Assembly (NCBI GenBank): GCA_963751455.1
Contig: CAVVUN010000015.1
Span: forward strand, 672,001-736,000
Direction of reading: 5' to 3'
DNA length: 64,000 bases
Origin: Nitrospirota bacterium
GTDB lineage: Bacteria; Nitrospirota; UBA9217
The notes under the pieces were generated by a model that had not been told where the DNA came from, made no database searches, and saw nothing but the letters and a program-made list of their open reading frames with translations. Position numbers and translations under genes: made by a program. This document shows positions 49,501-57,986 of the stretch, one piece after another (the first letter of the stretch is position 1; each line of letters begins with the position of its first letter).

Positions 49501-52412
49501 AGATCAGCAGTAGCCGCATACACGGCTGAGAAGGTTGGAACAAGGCGGCCTGCTGCAATGTCCCGTGCAATCTCTTGGAGTTTTGCCGTTCCCTGCGGTA
49601 GCCATCCCAGATCGGCGCTGCCGAGACCCGGATGGATCATTGAATAATCGCCGCCCTTCGCACAAAACCCGATGTACAGAGCGGTCCAAAACACGTCGTA
49701 AAAGAAGGATATGACGTCCGGGTTCTCTCCGAGTGAATAGTGCTCCCGGATGAGGTTGTTGGGCACCGGAGGGATATACACATCTATCTTTGCGTCGCGA
49801 TCGCGCCAGAGGAAGAAGCATGCGGCAAAGGCCGAGAGGGACTCGTTACCGAGAGGAACGAGTTCTCTGACATCCACGCCTTTGAAACTGCCCGCCCGTA
49901 TGAGCGCGTCGTGGATTAACCGCCGCTGATCGTTCCACTTGGCGCCGCCTAGCGTTTTGCGGATAAGCTGAAGCCCCTCGATGTTTTGCGCATCACCAAG
50001 CAGACGGATGAACCTCGAGACATGGGGCTCTGGCTTCTTGAAGCCGCGCGCATAGTTTAGCGTGCGCCGCACTGTCTCCTTATCCATCAGCGCACTAACC
50101 GAGAGGAGGTGATCCGAAAGCTCCGTGAATTCCCGCTCGGGACGGTGCCGCAGCACGATCCATGCATTGACGCGGCGGGCCAGTTCATTGAGGCATGCTG
50201 GCAAGATCTGAAGTGACATTTCTTTTGGCCCGAGTCGGGCGAGTTGTGTTACTTCGCTGTCGGTCAAATTGTGGATGTCGTCTAGAAGATTCAGCGTCTG
50301 CTGACGGTTGTCGGAAACCGCAAGCGCAGTCGCTCGGTAAGCGGCAAAATCACTCGATTGAAACTCGCGGGCGTTTGAAACGCGGGTCTTCAGACTGCGA
50401 AGAAATACTGTTCGCGACAAGTCTGCGTCTTTGAAGGTCTTCTCTTCAGCGACGGCGAGTATATTTTCAATCTGCTGATCGGGCCAGCCCTTCGCGAAGG
50501 ATTCGACGACCCAATCCCGCGTTGCGCCTACGAACAAATCTTCGAAATGGCCTGCTTGCGCCCCTGCAAGCCATAGCCAGCCCCATCGCCAGTATTCAGG
50601 CGCATCATTCGCGAGCCAGTTGATGATCTTGGGCAGGAGTGCTTGATAACTTTCCGCATGGTCATCCCGCTCCCGTACCCATGCGAAGATGCTCGAGTGG
50701 AAAGGGACCATGCCGACATTGCGTGGCTCCAACAGGTGGTCGATCTGGCTGAAGTCCCCTAGCACCTGCCTTATGCCGAGGCTTGGCCAGAAGAAGTCCG
50801 ATCCCGCGAGCATGTGGAGAGCGTTCTTGGCATCCGCGCTGAGGTGAACCCAGAGCCCCCGATAGTAGGTACGGATATCGCCATCCGGACACGGCGGGAG
50901 CAATTGAATTTCCTCCGCAGACGTTGGGCGGCCTGCGCGGATAACACCCTCGTATGCGTAAATCAAATGCAGCGGGTGGCCCTGGCTGATATTAAAAAAC
51001 GCTGTCGCGATCTCGTCGATCATTTCAGAACGCCGCTCGGGAGGCGGATCAAACCGGAAGATGAGTGGACGCGCCTTGAACTGCTGCACCACCCAGCGGT
51101 GGACCGCGACCTCGTCCATACGCGGAATCTCGCTCCAGTCATCGTCATTCGCGATCGTCAGCAGCTTGCCGGGCAGCTGCTCGTCACTGACGCGCTGCGT
51201 TCCGACGATAAGATTGACATTTGGCGGTAGCGGGAGCAGTTCGTTGAAGAGGTGATTGAGTTGGTCGACGCGCTGCGTGTCGCGCCAAACGTGATCGAGT
51301 CCATCGACGATGATATAAAGCCGCTGACCTTTGCCGGCGAGGTTGGTTGCAGCAATCCCGATGGCGGCCCGCAACTCGCTAGGATCACCCTTGACGCCGG
51401 CCATGGCTTCAGGATGGCGCACATAGAGCTGATCCATTAGCGAGGTCGAAATTTCGATAAAAGAGCTGCGGTTGGAACTCGAGTCCTCCGCTGACAAAAA
51501 GTAGTGGTGTCGCGTTATGGCCGCGCCTTCCTTTTGAAGCTCCTGGGTCAGATAGCTGAGGTAGGTGCTCTTCCCGCGCCCTGGCGTTCCCCAAAGGATT
51601 GTGATCGGATTGTCGTCCCTCGCGATGCGTGCACGAAAGGTCTTGTGGAAGGCCTCGCTCGGCGGGCTGTAGCCGTCGAGGACGATAAAATCCTGTCGGA
51701 TAGGTTGCGGGCGGCGCTTCGTAATGAGCTGTACAAGATGCTCCCGCAGAATATGTCCATCGGGTTCAGGCTGGTTTTTGCGGGTCGCCCAACGACGTAC
51801 GCTCTCGCGGAAAAGAAGCCAACCCGCCGAATCAGTGTCTGTAGGTACGAGCTGATCGCGAAGATAGTCTTCGTATCTGTCGAGGTCCGGCATACCTCCT
51901 AAGAAATCGAACGTACTGAAGAATGTTTTAGCCTCGGCGGCGCCTCCGCATGCGCTCTCAACTGACTCGCGAAATTCCTTTGGTAGGAGGTCAAGGTCGA
52001 CCCGCATGCCTTTCAGGCACTTTGCGAACTCCCCAGACGGTATGCGGTTTGTTTTAAGACCAGCACTGTGGATTGGACCCATCGCTGCCACACGGGCAAG
52101 GGACTTCGCCCACTTTTCGAGCATCGCCGTCCCTTTTTCAGTTTTGGCGAGAAGCCAGTCCCAATCCAGCTCGTAGCGGCCGGGGTCGACCGTGAACTTG
52201 ACCTGTACGAGCTCGTAGGAACCATCTTTACGTGCAGCCACAACGTCGTCGAGCGCTCGGTAAGCCGTGTCGTCGGCCTCGAGCAGCACCCACGCGTAGA
52301 GCTCAGGGTCTCGGTACTGGCGAATAAGCACCTCGATACCGACGAGGTCTTGGTACTCGAAAGCTGCTCTTGTTATCGCGGCGGGCTTTATCCGGGATTT
52401 TGCCATTGTCAT
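46581..52412 (-). CDS. PD-(D/E)xK nuclease - STAND/NACHT NTPase - helical sensor protein (Avs-like anti-phage candidate)
   Basis: N-terminal FEYQD...LDDVV...VQVK; Walker A GTPGRGKST; Walker B YIIVDGLD; GHPL; long helical C-terminal region; intact 1943 aa. Confidence 0.8.
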   Translation of the reverse strand: MTMAKSRIKPAAITRAAFEYQDLVGIEVLIRQYRDPELYAWVLLEADDTAYRALDDVVAARKDGSYELVQVKFTVDPGRYELDWDWLLAKTEKGTAMLEKWAKSLARVAAMGPIHSAGLKTNRIPSGEFAKCLKGMRVDLDLLPKEFRESVESACGGAAEAKTFFSTFDFLGGMPDLDRYEDYLRDQLVPTDTDSAGWLLFRESVRRWATRKNQPEPDGHILREHLVQLITKRRPQPIRQDFIVLDGYSPPSEAFHKTFRARIARDDNPITILWGTPGRGKSTYLSYLTQELQKEGAAITRHHYFLSAEDSSSNRSSFIEISTSLMDQLYVRHPEAMAGVKGDPSELRAAIGIAATNLAGKGQRLYIIVDGLDHVWRDTQRVDQLNHLFNELLPLPPNVNLIVGTQRVSDEQLPGKLLTIANDDDWSEIPRMDEVAVHRWVVQQFKARPLIFRFDPPPERRSEMIDEIATAFFNISQGHPLHLIYAYEGVIRAGRPTSAEEIQLLPPCPDGDIRTYYRGLWVHLSADAKNALHMLAGSDFFWPSLGIRQVLGDFSQIDHLLEPRNVGMVPFHSSIFAWVRERDDHAESYQALLPKIINWLANDAPEYWRWGWLWLAGAQAGHFEDLFVGATRDWVVESFAKGWPDQQIENILAVAEEKTFKDADLSRTVFLRSLKTRVSNAREFQSSDFAAYRATALAVSDNRQQTLNLLDDIHNLTDSEVTQLARLGPKEMSLQILPACLNELARRVNAWIVLRHRPEREFTELSDHLLSVSALMDKETVRRTLNYARGFKKPEPHVSRFIRLLGDAQNIEGLQLIRKTLGGAKWNDQRRLIHDALIRAGSFKGVDVRELVPLGNESLSAFAACFFLWRDRDAKIDVYIPPVPNNLIREHYSLGENPDVISFFYDVFWTALYIGFCAKGGDYSMIHPGLGSADLGWLPQGTAKLQEIARDIAAGRLVPTFSAVYAATADLEPVHWGPSPEKEAAQYRAFSEALRRIGVDLHFLGLSDPSNTRVPVSELSIARQSDHWSDTIWATRNVGNRIPLLDKDGVAVLLGDEAKALSGKVTDFSERSGRWTELANMALLYEDGRQAEFLAHAAECLVGYGSHKDLHAMDVLDAVVELSARKPAVARTHVETLVPIIEMITEFTDGDDTNHVRSELIEVVAKVAPDHLPSIYRHHLSADEYSYADECLNECAKIMDLKSPQGAALARTFLDERTLGVLEGRAVNEQPAQELLENQNVFLGRPPKVGLEIKETKEEELSEQEKEAAKVDPTSFSYEDFAAVAKAAVPLHYRSRREFMAKWLHHWKSQGKTSKALQSILSYFDTSETTYSAEEVLDEAFLVSLAVEGKDAAYPWLVKAHIHRHGWSYYESDAQIMTRIRLAAKHYPDRWLQYIKDTSVPLPYYRRRRYSFVIGYKYLVRFLMLVGQVELADKITAAFVDTLVEEVREQPIPATPWFLATSAPLALSFLFERLKWPVPMSRWRTAKEIRNLLNDPGTRSSTEDALLDYLDQCNTESEVCQILTIVFLTSPDGRPLRTVLASRLHCPSILADIILERTYGQGHGIGGWRQAHSGRAPADFESDSYFEEHKTAHVPPILMNNLTKLELLSGYPFLQHWAYEWKTLRDKLGTHYTRYPYYFDNVSDARAGIIGQYWQRMSEVYRSAYLRTLAYAVSELRMPQRIAEGSCVDIVHGIAGLFDVEPVARPVWLSDFPERFCAPGANFSPIVRELVQTARAEGMMLVSLHTPVTSLVQKYADLTLSAHLITPDYELPDSAYLYEKNLLLFVNDTFELKGPPEEITIEEASSGGKTGDEVAVCNSLIPIPFGTWQSDYLSIGLKVPASYTVPKTEIRCTRESIDCIASDGKIASRTRIWNDNWTPLYPKGGSTRCGTATMIDQELLTDAMERLGRKLAFFIRLRIWDREKEYGEYSESERTFFLPDLGE

Positions 52413-52562
52413 TTACTAGTTTTAGCGTCTATTTTGTCAATCGATTGTTATTGCTATTATCTTGCGAATATTATGCTTTCTGTTGCATACTGTCAAGAAT
52501 GTAACATGAAGTGTTTGAGGGTCGCAATTCAACAGCTCCAGGAAGAAATAATTTAATCAGTC

Positions 52563-53198
52563 CTATAACCCAAATTGCAGCCGTGAAACTGCATCGATCT
52601 TCTTTTCATCGGATGTGTGGAGATACTTTTCGGTCGTCCGAATGTGACTGTGGCCTAAAAGTTCTTGAACTGTTCGCAGGTCAACGCCCTTGTCCAAAAG
52701 GGATGTAGCAAAGGTATGTCTCGTCGTGTGCGGCGTGATCCGCTTCGTGATGAGCGCCGCCTTCTTTACCCTCTTCATAAGGCAGTCAACGGCCTTGTGC
52801 GTGAGGGGCACCGGTTCGCAGTTGCCGCGCTCACCCAGGGTGAAGAAGAGCGGCCGGGCCGTGGCCGGTGCGCCGGCTCTGTCCTCGAAAAGATGAGGCA
52901 TACTGCTCTTGAGGGCCTTCTGATAATCGAGGACCGCCTCCACAACGTCGTTGGTGAGAGCAACGCGCCGTTGCTTCTTTCCCTTGCCGATCACGTCTAC
53001 AACCGTCTGATTCCGATATGTGGTCAGGTTCTCGATACTCAGGCTGCATACCTCGGCCTTTCTGAGGCCCGAGGAAAGCATAAGGAGTAGCAGGGCATAA
53101 TCACGCTTGCCCTTGAGGGTCCGCCGATCCGGGACCCGGAGGAGGGCTTTGACTTCATCCGCAGTCAAAAAATCCGATGGTCTCTTTATCTTTTCCAT
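52563..53198 (-). CDS. Minimal tyrosine recombinase (catalytic domain only, resolvase-like)
   Basis: RD.ALL.L...GLRKAE, GKGKK.R, HTTRHTFAT, LLGHSHIRTT.KY. Confidence 0.9.
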   Translation of the reverse strand: MEKIKRPSDFLTADEVKALLRVPDRRTLKGKRDYALLLLMLSSGLRKAEVCSLSIENLTTYRNQTVVDVIGKGKKQRRVALTNDVVEAVLDYQKALKSSMPHLFEDRAGAPATARPLFFTLGERGNCEPVPLTHKAVDCLMKRVKKAALITKRITPHTTRHTFATSLLDKGVDLRTVQELLGHSHIRTTEKYLHTSDEKKIDAVSRLQFGL

Positions 53199-53259
53199 TT
53201 TCTATCACCGCCTTTTTCGTTTTCATTATCGTGAATCGATGGCCGCCGGTGGCCGCGCC

Positions 53260-53637
53260 TTACGCTGCCTGGACCTTTAAAATTTTATCATCGACTTTTT
53301 GAAGTTGTTCAACGATCTCAGTCATGAGCAAATGCAAACCCATACTTTCATTGTCGCCGGTCCCCTCCCGGACCTCATCCGACGTGACGGCAGCGTGGAG
53401 ATAATTCAATTTCCTGATAGCATAGTAAAGTTGGTCATGGGCTTCACTTAATACCGTCTTTCGCTCCTGTGTTCTTTCATCCGGTCGTTTGGCCGCCTCT
53501 TTAGCGGCCAGATGTTTCTTTACCGCTGGCAGCTTCCCTAACTCGCTCACTTCATCAAATGCGGTTCGGGCTTTTTCTACAGACTGCTCATACCGTTTCA
53601 CTTGATCATCTTTGACACTTGCTTTTTTCGTTTTCAT
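53260..53637 (-). CDS. Hypothetical helical protein
   Basis: AGGGGG RBS; lies between the phd-like gene and the recombinase. Confidence 0.6.
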   Translation of the reverse strand: MKTKKASVKDDQVKRYEQSVEKARTAFDEVSELGKLPAVKKHLAAKEAAKRPDERTQERKTVLSEAHDQLYYAIRKLNYLHAAVTSDEVREGTGDNESMGLHLLMTEIVEQLQKVDDKILKVQAA

Positions 53638-53658
53638 TTTTGACCCCCTATGAGTTTT

Positions 53659-53832
53659 TTATTTTTTCTTTGGCTGAAACTCAAAATCTTCCTCCGGTGC
53701 CGGGCCAATAACGGCAATCGGCTTTCCATTGAGTGTAACGACAAGTTTTTTCCCTGTCTTGTTCACTTCTGATAAAATCTTCTTCGCATCGTGTTTAAGT
53801 TCAGAAATCGTGATGAACTTCAGCGGTGACAT
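53659..53832 (-). CDS. Phd/YefM family antitoxin-like protein (57 aa, below ORF-track cutoff)
   Basis: Translated by hand: MSPLKFITISELKHDAKKILSEVNKTGKKLVVTLNGKPIAVIGP...; GGAGGTG RBS. Confidence 0.8.
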   Translation of the reverse strand: MSPLKFITISELKHDAKKILSEVNKTGKKLVVTLNGKPIAVIGPAPEEDFEFQPKKK

Positions 53833-53851
53833 GCGATCACCTCCTTTTTAT

Positions 53852-53887
53852 ATGACCAAATTTAGACCTAATTTAGTCATTTGTCAA
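53852..53887 (-). promoter_or_regulatory. Promoter with inverted-repeat operator
   Basis: TTGACA-17-TAAATT overlapped by ATGACCAAAT...ATTTAGTCAT. Confidence 0.6.
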
Positions 53888-54120
53888 GGGGAATAAAATC
53901 CGAGAATGAGAAGCCATTTTTCAGGGGCATCCTTGGATAAGCTTAAAACAGTGATTGCTGGACCGGCCCCCAGTGGAGCTTGAAATCTAATGGAGGATAA
54001 TAAAAAAGCAGATTGGACAGAGAAGGAAGAAAAAATTTAAAAGATTCTTGCAAAATATGCGGGTATCTATTAATGTGGATCCGAAGATAGCATTTGCGTC
54101 TCTGTAAAGAGCTGACAAAA

Positions 54121-55149
54121 ATGATCACACCTCAAACTCATCGCGCTCGTGAAATTCTCCAAGCTGTTGGTCGCGCATATCCGTCTGCCTGGCAAATGGC
54201 CGATCGTGTTAATGCAAACCGCGATATAGCCCTGCCAGGTTGCCCGCGGTGGTGCTATCTGCCGGTGCATGCAGCGCGTGCTATTACGGAGGATGGCGGA
54301 CAGAATCCAGCGTCGATCGATCGCATGCATCATGTCGCTATTATCGGCGCTCTTGCCGCCTGGCGCATGGGGCAGCAAATCATCCGATATGACGGCTCTC
54401 TCTACAATTCGCTCGTTGAAACGCCGATAACAGGCGATTTGCCCGCAGAGCTCCTGTATCGGTTGCCCGCATGGTGCCTGTACATCGAGACCCCTGGCCT
54501 CTCCTGGATGGGCCGCCAACTGCATGGTTTTTTTGTTCACCTCGACTGGGACAAACGAGGCCATAATGAATTACGCTTTCTTCTTGATACCGTAGAAACA
54601 ACGGATGCACTGTTCGACTTCAGGTACGGTCTGATTCCGAATCCGCTTATACTCGGAAACGGTACTCTTGCGGACGCCCTTGAACGTGTAGTTGCTTTCG
54701 GAAAACTAAATGCGGAAAAAGCAGGAATTGAGCTTGAGCTGAGCAGCACTGTCGATCAAATGGCGGAGTCACTCTCCACGGCACTCTCGCCGCTTATCTC
54801 GCTCACTCTTTATCTGTGCAGCGACTCTCCGGACTGGGATCTGGAGCCGCCCAGGAACCCGACCCCGGTAAAGACCAAGCGAGGACTGCGTACATTTCCC
54901 GTCGCACAGCCAAGGATATGGGACGTAGGCGTCAGAATTGGAGCGGCTCTGAGAAAGGCCGTAGCCTCTCCCCGGATGGAAGAGGTTGCAGAGGCCGAAC
55001 ATGCATCGCCTCGCGCTCATATTCGCCGCGCTCACTGGCACACTTATCTGACCGGTACCGGTCGCAGCAAGCGAGTGCTGAAATGGCTGCATCCTATGCT
55101 TGTTAAGACTGATACCGTGGAAGATTTCCGGCAACGATACGCAGTGTGA
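54121..55149 (+). CDS. AcrVA2/FinQ family protein
   Basis: AAWR...I.RYD, LPAWCLYIE, GFF, LYLCS..PD, G.RIG, PRAHIRRAHWH.Y.TGTG...KW..P, colinear with AcrVA2 as I recall it (RPHIRRGHWHGYWQGTG). Confidence 0.8.
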   Translation: MITPQTHRAREILQAVGRAYPSAWQMADRVNANRDIALPGCPRWCYLPVHAARAITEDGGQNPASIDRMHHVAIIGALAAWRMGQQIIRYDGSLYNSLVETPITGDLPAELLYRLPAWCLYIETPGLSWMGRQLHGFFVHLDWDKRGHNELRFLLDTVETTDALFDFRYGLIPNPLILGNGTLADALERVVAFGKLNAEKAGIELELSSTVDQMAESLSTALSPLISLTLYLCSDSPDWDLEPPRNPTPVKTKRGLRTFPVAQPRIWDVGVRIGAALRKAVASPRMEEVAEAEHASPRAHIRRAHWHTYLTGTGRSKRVLKWLHPMLVKTDTVEDFRQRYAV

Positions 55150-55167
55150 AAGAAAGGGAATCGTCAG

Positions 55168-55527
55168 ATGAAAAGAGATCCTGAACTCATCAGAAATATC
55201 ATGCTTGAAGTTGAAAAAGTGCCCCCGGGAAAGCATGTGACAGCATTGTCTTTTGACGATATCGATAACCAGACTATCATTCAACATGTGGTGCTTTTGA
55301 TAGAAGCAGGACTGTTGAGCGGCAACTTTACGAAAGTGATATCCGGTCCAGCGGGTTTTAGGATTACCGGCTTGACATGGTTTGGACACGACTTTGTCGA
55401 CGCCGTGCGTGAGCATTCCATTTGGAAAGTGATCAAAGATAAAGTTTTGAAACCGGCTGGCTCATGGACATTTGGCTTGGTTACAGAGGTAGCAAAAGAG
55501 GAACTGAAGAATCGTTTGGGTATCTGA
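55168..55527 (+). CDS. DUF2513 domain protein
   Basis: MKRD.ELIR.I.L.VE, H..LL.EAGL, LTW.GHDF.DAVR...IW..IK. Confidence 0.8.
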   Translation: MKRDPELIRNIMLEVEKVPPGKHVTALSFDDIDNQTIIQHVVLLIEAGLLSGNFTKVISGPAGFRITGLTWFGHDFVDAVREHSIWKVIKDKVLKPAGSWTFGLVTEVAKEELKNRLGI

Positions 55528-55677
55528 AACCAGGGTTCGCAGAGGGCACGGAACAGCACGCAGTCAAGGCCTCCGGATGAGAGGGAAACAGCAGCTTCGA
55601 GATCTGATAGGGCCAAGAAAACGGCGGGCTGCCGGGGCAACGAACAACCCGCCAACAGTTCAAATTCTGGCCTTATG

Positions 55678-55923
55678 CTATCTGCTATCCCGTACTTTTT
55701 TCGCCTCTTCGTGATGATGCAAAATAATGGCTGCAATTCTGTGCAAGTGTACGCTTACCTCGTCCATGTTCAGATCTGGGCTCAAGTGAAGAGTAATCGT
55801 CTCCGATTTCAATTCCTCTATTGTCGGTTCAAACCGAAACCTTAAAACCAAGACACCTTGTTCAGACTGCACTGACACTTCTGATAATCGATGCATTTTG
55901 TTAAATTCTGATAGTCGATCCAT
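55678..55923 (-). CDS. Hypothetical protein
   Basis: AGGAGG RBS before ATG 55923. Confidence 0.5.
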   Translation of the reverse strand: MDRLSEFNKMHRLSEVSVQSEQGVLVLRFRFEPTIEELKSETITLHLSPDLNMDEVSVHLHRIAAIILHHHEEAKKVRDSR

Positions 55924-56202
55924 ATTTCCCTCCTGAATTTGATGTTCACATTGAATCGTGATTGCCATGCATTCTAGCAGAGAGAAGCAAACTGTTCGGG
56001 CCAGACGAAAGCGAATCCAGCAGGGATTGCGGTTGGGGAGCTTCGGGCGATGAGGCGGCTCTGATCGAGTCATCTTGTGAACGTCTTGTGAATGAAAAAA
56101 AGGTCTATCCGTATGTTCTTTTTGCTCTTAACTGCTGGAAATATTGACTTTTTCTATTCTTCCTCAGGGGGTTCGAATCCCCCTGGGGACGCCAATCAAT
56201 TC

Positions 56203-56238
56203 AGGAGTTACCGGTTTCCGGTAGCTCCTTTTCTTTTT
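56203..56238 (+). terminator. Terminator after attR
   Basis: aggagttaccgg-ttt-ccggtagctcct followed by a T-tract. Confidence 0.7.
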
Positions 56239-57114
56239 ACTGTGCTGAATTTGTGCTAATTCCCCCGGACTCTTCCCCAAATGTGTTACGTTCAACTCTT
56301 GCCCGTCTGGTCCTTCCTAAAATCGAAATTTTTTTAACTTAGCTTTCCTCGCGTGACTCCCATGAGAGATGAACTGCTGGGGTCCGCTTGTTAATGCAGC
56401 GAGACGCCCGAAGCGAAGGAGGCGGGCTTCCGGGTTACGATCTGTCTTACTGTGGGGGTGCATGCGCTCGTGCAGGTGCCGGAGGCGCTCACAGGCTGGC
56501 AGGATTACAGCGGACGGCTATCCCGCGACTGGACATCTTCGGCTCCCTGCCGGGGTTAGAAAGTGCTTACTCGCGCCTGGCGCTTACGACGAGCGTAGGC
56601 GCGAGCAGCAGTCCCGCCCTACACTCGCGCGGTCGCACTCGTAAACGCGGGGTGCAGGCGCGAGGTCGCGTTATTTAGTCCCGACAAGTCGAGACGGTGA
56701 TCGAGGCTCCTCTGGGATACGTTCTTCTGGTGCAACTGCTTTCAAGCTGGCAGGGGAGAAGCATCTCGTTCCGGAGGAGCAACCTCTAACTTCCTCATTT
56801 TCTAAAGAGGACTACAAATGCGACCTCCCAGCGGTTCACGACGCACTACGACGGCCGGGGCCGGGGTAGTGCAAGTCGCGGGATTCGAAGTGATTTACGA
56901 GACCGACCCGCGCAGACCCGCTCCGCCATGTCATCCTCTGACTCTGCTTCTCGGAATATGAGGGGTTTCACGATCCTGCTGCCGGAAGAATATTAGTCGC
57001 GTTCACTTCCCCGGATTCGGCCGGGGGGACCTCTCCAAAGGGCTTCCATTTCCCTTTGATTTTATGTTATTATCATACAAAGTATAGAAGATGAAGGCTA
57101 GTCAAGAGGTGCAT

Positions 57115-57435
57115 ATGCTGCCGGTGGAAAAAACAATTCTCGATAGATTCAAAGCCCTTCTTGCCGCACGTGTAAACGTGTATAAGCTGATTCTATTCGG
57201 TTCTCGTGCCCGAGGCGATGCGGAATTTTCCTCAGATATGGACGTCCTGGTCATTCTGGAGGGTTCGCCTTCCGAGAAGGATTTCGATGTTGTCAGTGAC
57301 TGTGCATGGGAAGCGGGATTCGTACACGGGATCGTAGTCGTACCGGTCGTTTATTCGAGAAACGAATGGGAAAACACTCCTGAGCGCTATTCCCTGCTGG
57401 CCCGTGCCGTAGAAAAGGATGGAGTTCTCGTTTGA
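57115..57435 (+). CDS. Minimal nucleotidyltransferase (MNT) antitoxin-like protein
   Basis: LFGSRARGD...SDMDVLV. Confidence 0.9.
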   Translation: MLPVEKTILDRFKALLAARVNVYKLILFGSRARGDAEFSSDMDVLVILEGSPSEKDFDVVSDCAWEAGFVHGIVVVPVVYSRNEWENTPERYSLLARAVEKDGVLV

Positions 57436-57836
57436 AAGAACAGGAGATCGAAGACCTCGTACGCCATCGAATGGAGCAGGCTGCAACGGCTCTAGCTGAC
57501 GCAGATTTTCTCTTGCAGGGTAATCGCAGTGCGCAAAGCATCGTCAACCGGGCCTATTATGCCATGTTTTATGCCGCGCTCGCTCTTCTTCAAAAAGCAG
57601 GGAAAGTACCCTCGAAGCATGTTGGTGTGATAAGCCTCTTTGATACGGAATTCGTTCTGAAAGGCATGTTGCCGAAAGAGCTCTCAAAGACTTTTCATAA
57701 AGCCTTTGAGCTGCGACAGGTATCAGACTACAAGAGCGTTACTCACGTATCAAATGACAAAGCTGTAGAAACTCTTCAGAATGCAAAACGATTTGCAGAT
57801 GAAGTGCGTGTTTTTCTGGCTAAGCAGTCGTCTTAA
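57432..57836 (+). CDS. HEPN domain protein
   Basis: NRAYYAMFY, SKH.GVISLF..EF, RQVSDY; overlaps the MNT stop. Confidence 0.9.
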   Translation: MKEQEIEDLVRHRMEQAATALADADFLLQGNRSAQSIVNRAYYAMFYAALALLQKAGKVPSKHVGVISLFDTEFVLKGMLPKELSKTFHKAFELRQVSDYKSVTHVSNDKAVETLQNAKRFADEVRVFLAKQSS

Positions 57837-57986
57837 CAAAACTGTTTGGCTTCCCGTTTTTTATGCTTTTACCGTTTGTAAGGTTAACAAGAGACACTTT
57901 GAGCAGATTGACTCTTATTGATACCCGCCATCCTGTACACCTCAACCTCCATTCGCACACCTGCCGTTCAATGATTCGGAGATTCA

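Larger units (their letters stand above)
36071..56196. mobile_element. Integrated ~20-kb phage-satellite-like element at tRNA-Glu
   Basis: Identical 30-bp GGGGGTTCGAATCCCCCTGGGGACGCCAAT at 36071-36100 and 56167-56196; adjacent integrase; phage replication genes. Confidence 0.9.

Noticed and set aside
36071-56196. Complete prophage or ICE
   Set aside because: No recognisable capsid, portal, TerL, tail, lysis, relaxase or T4SS genes
56300-57050. oriT, ncRNA or gene in the GC-rich stretch after attR
   Set aside because: Only short scattered palindromes and unconvincing ORFs; no motif I can support
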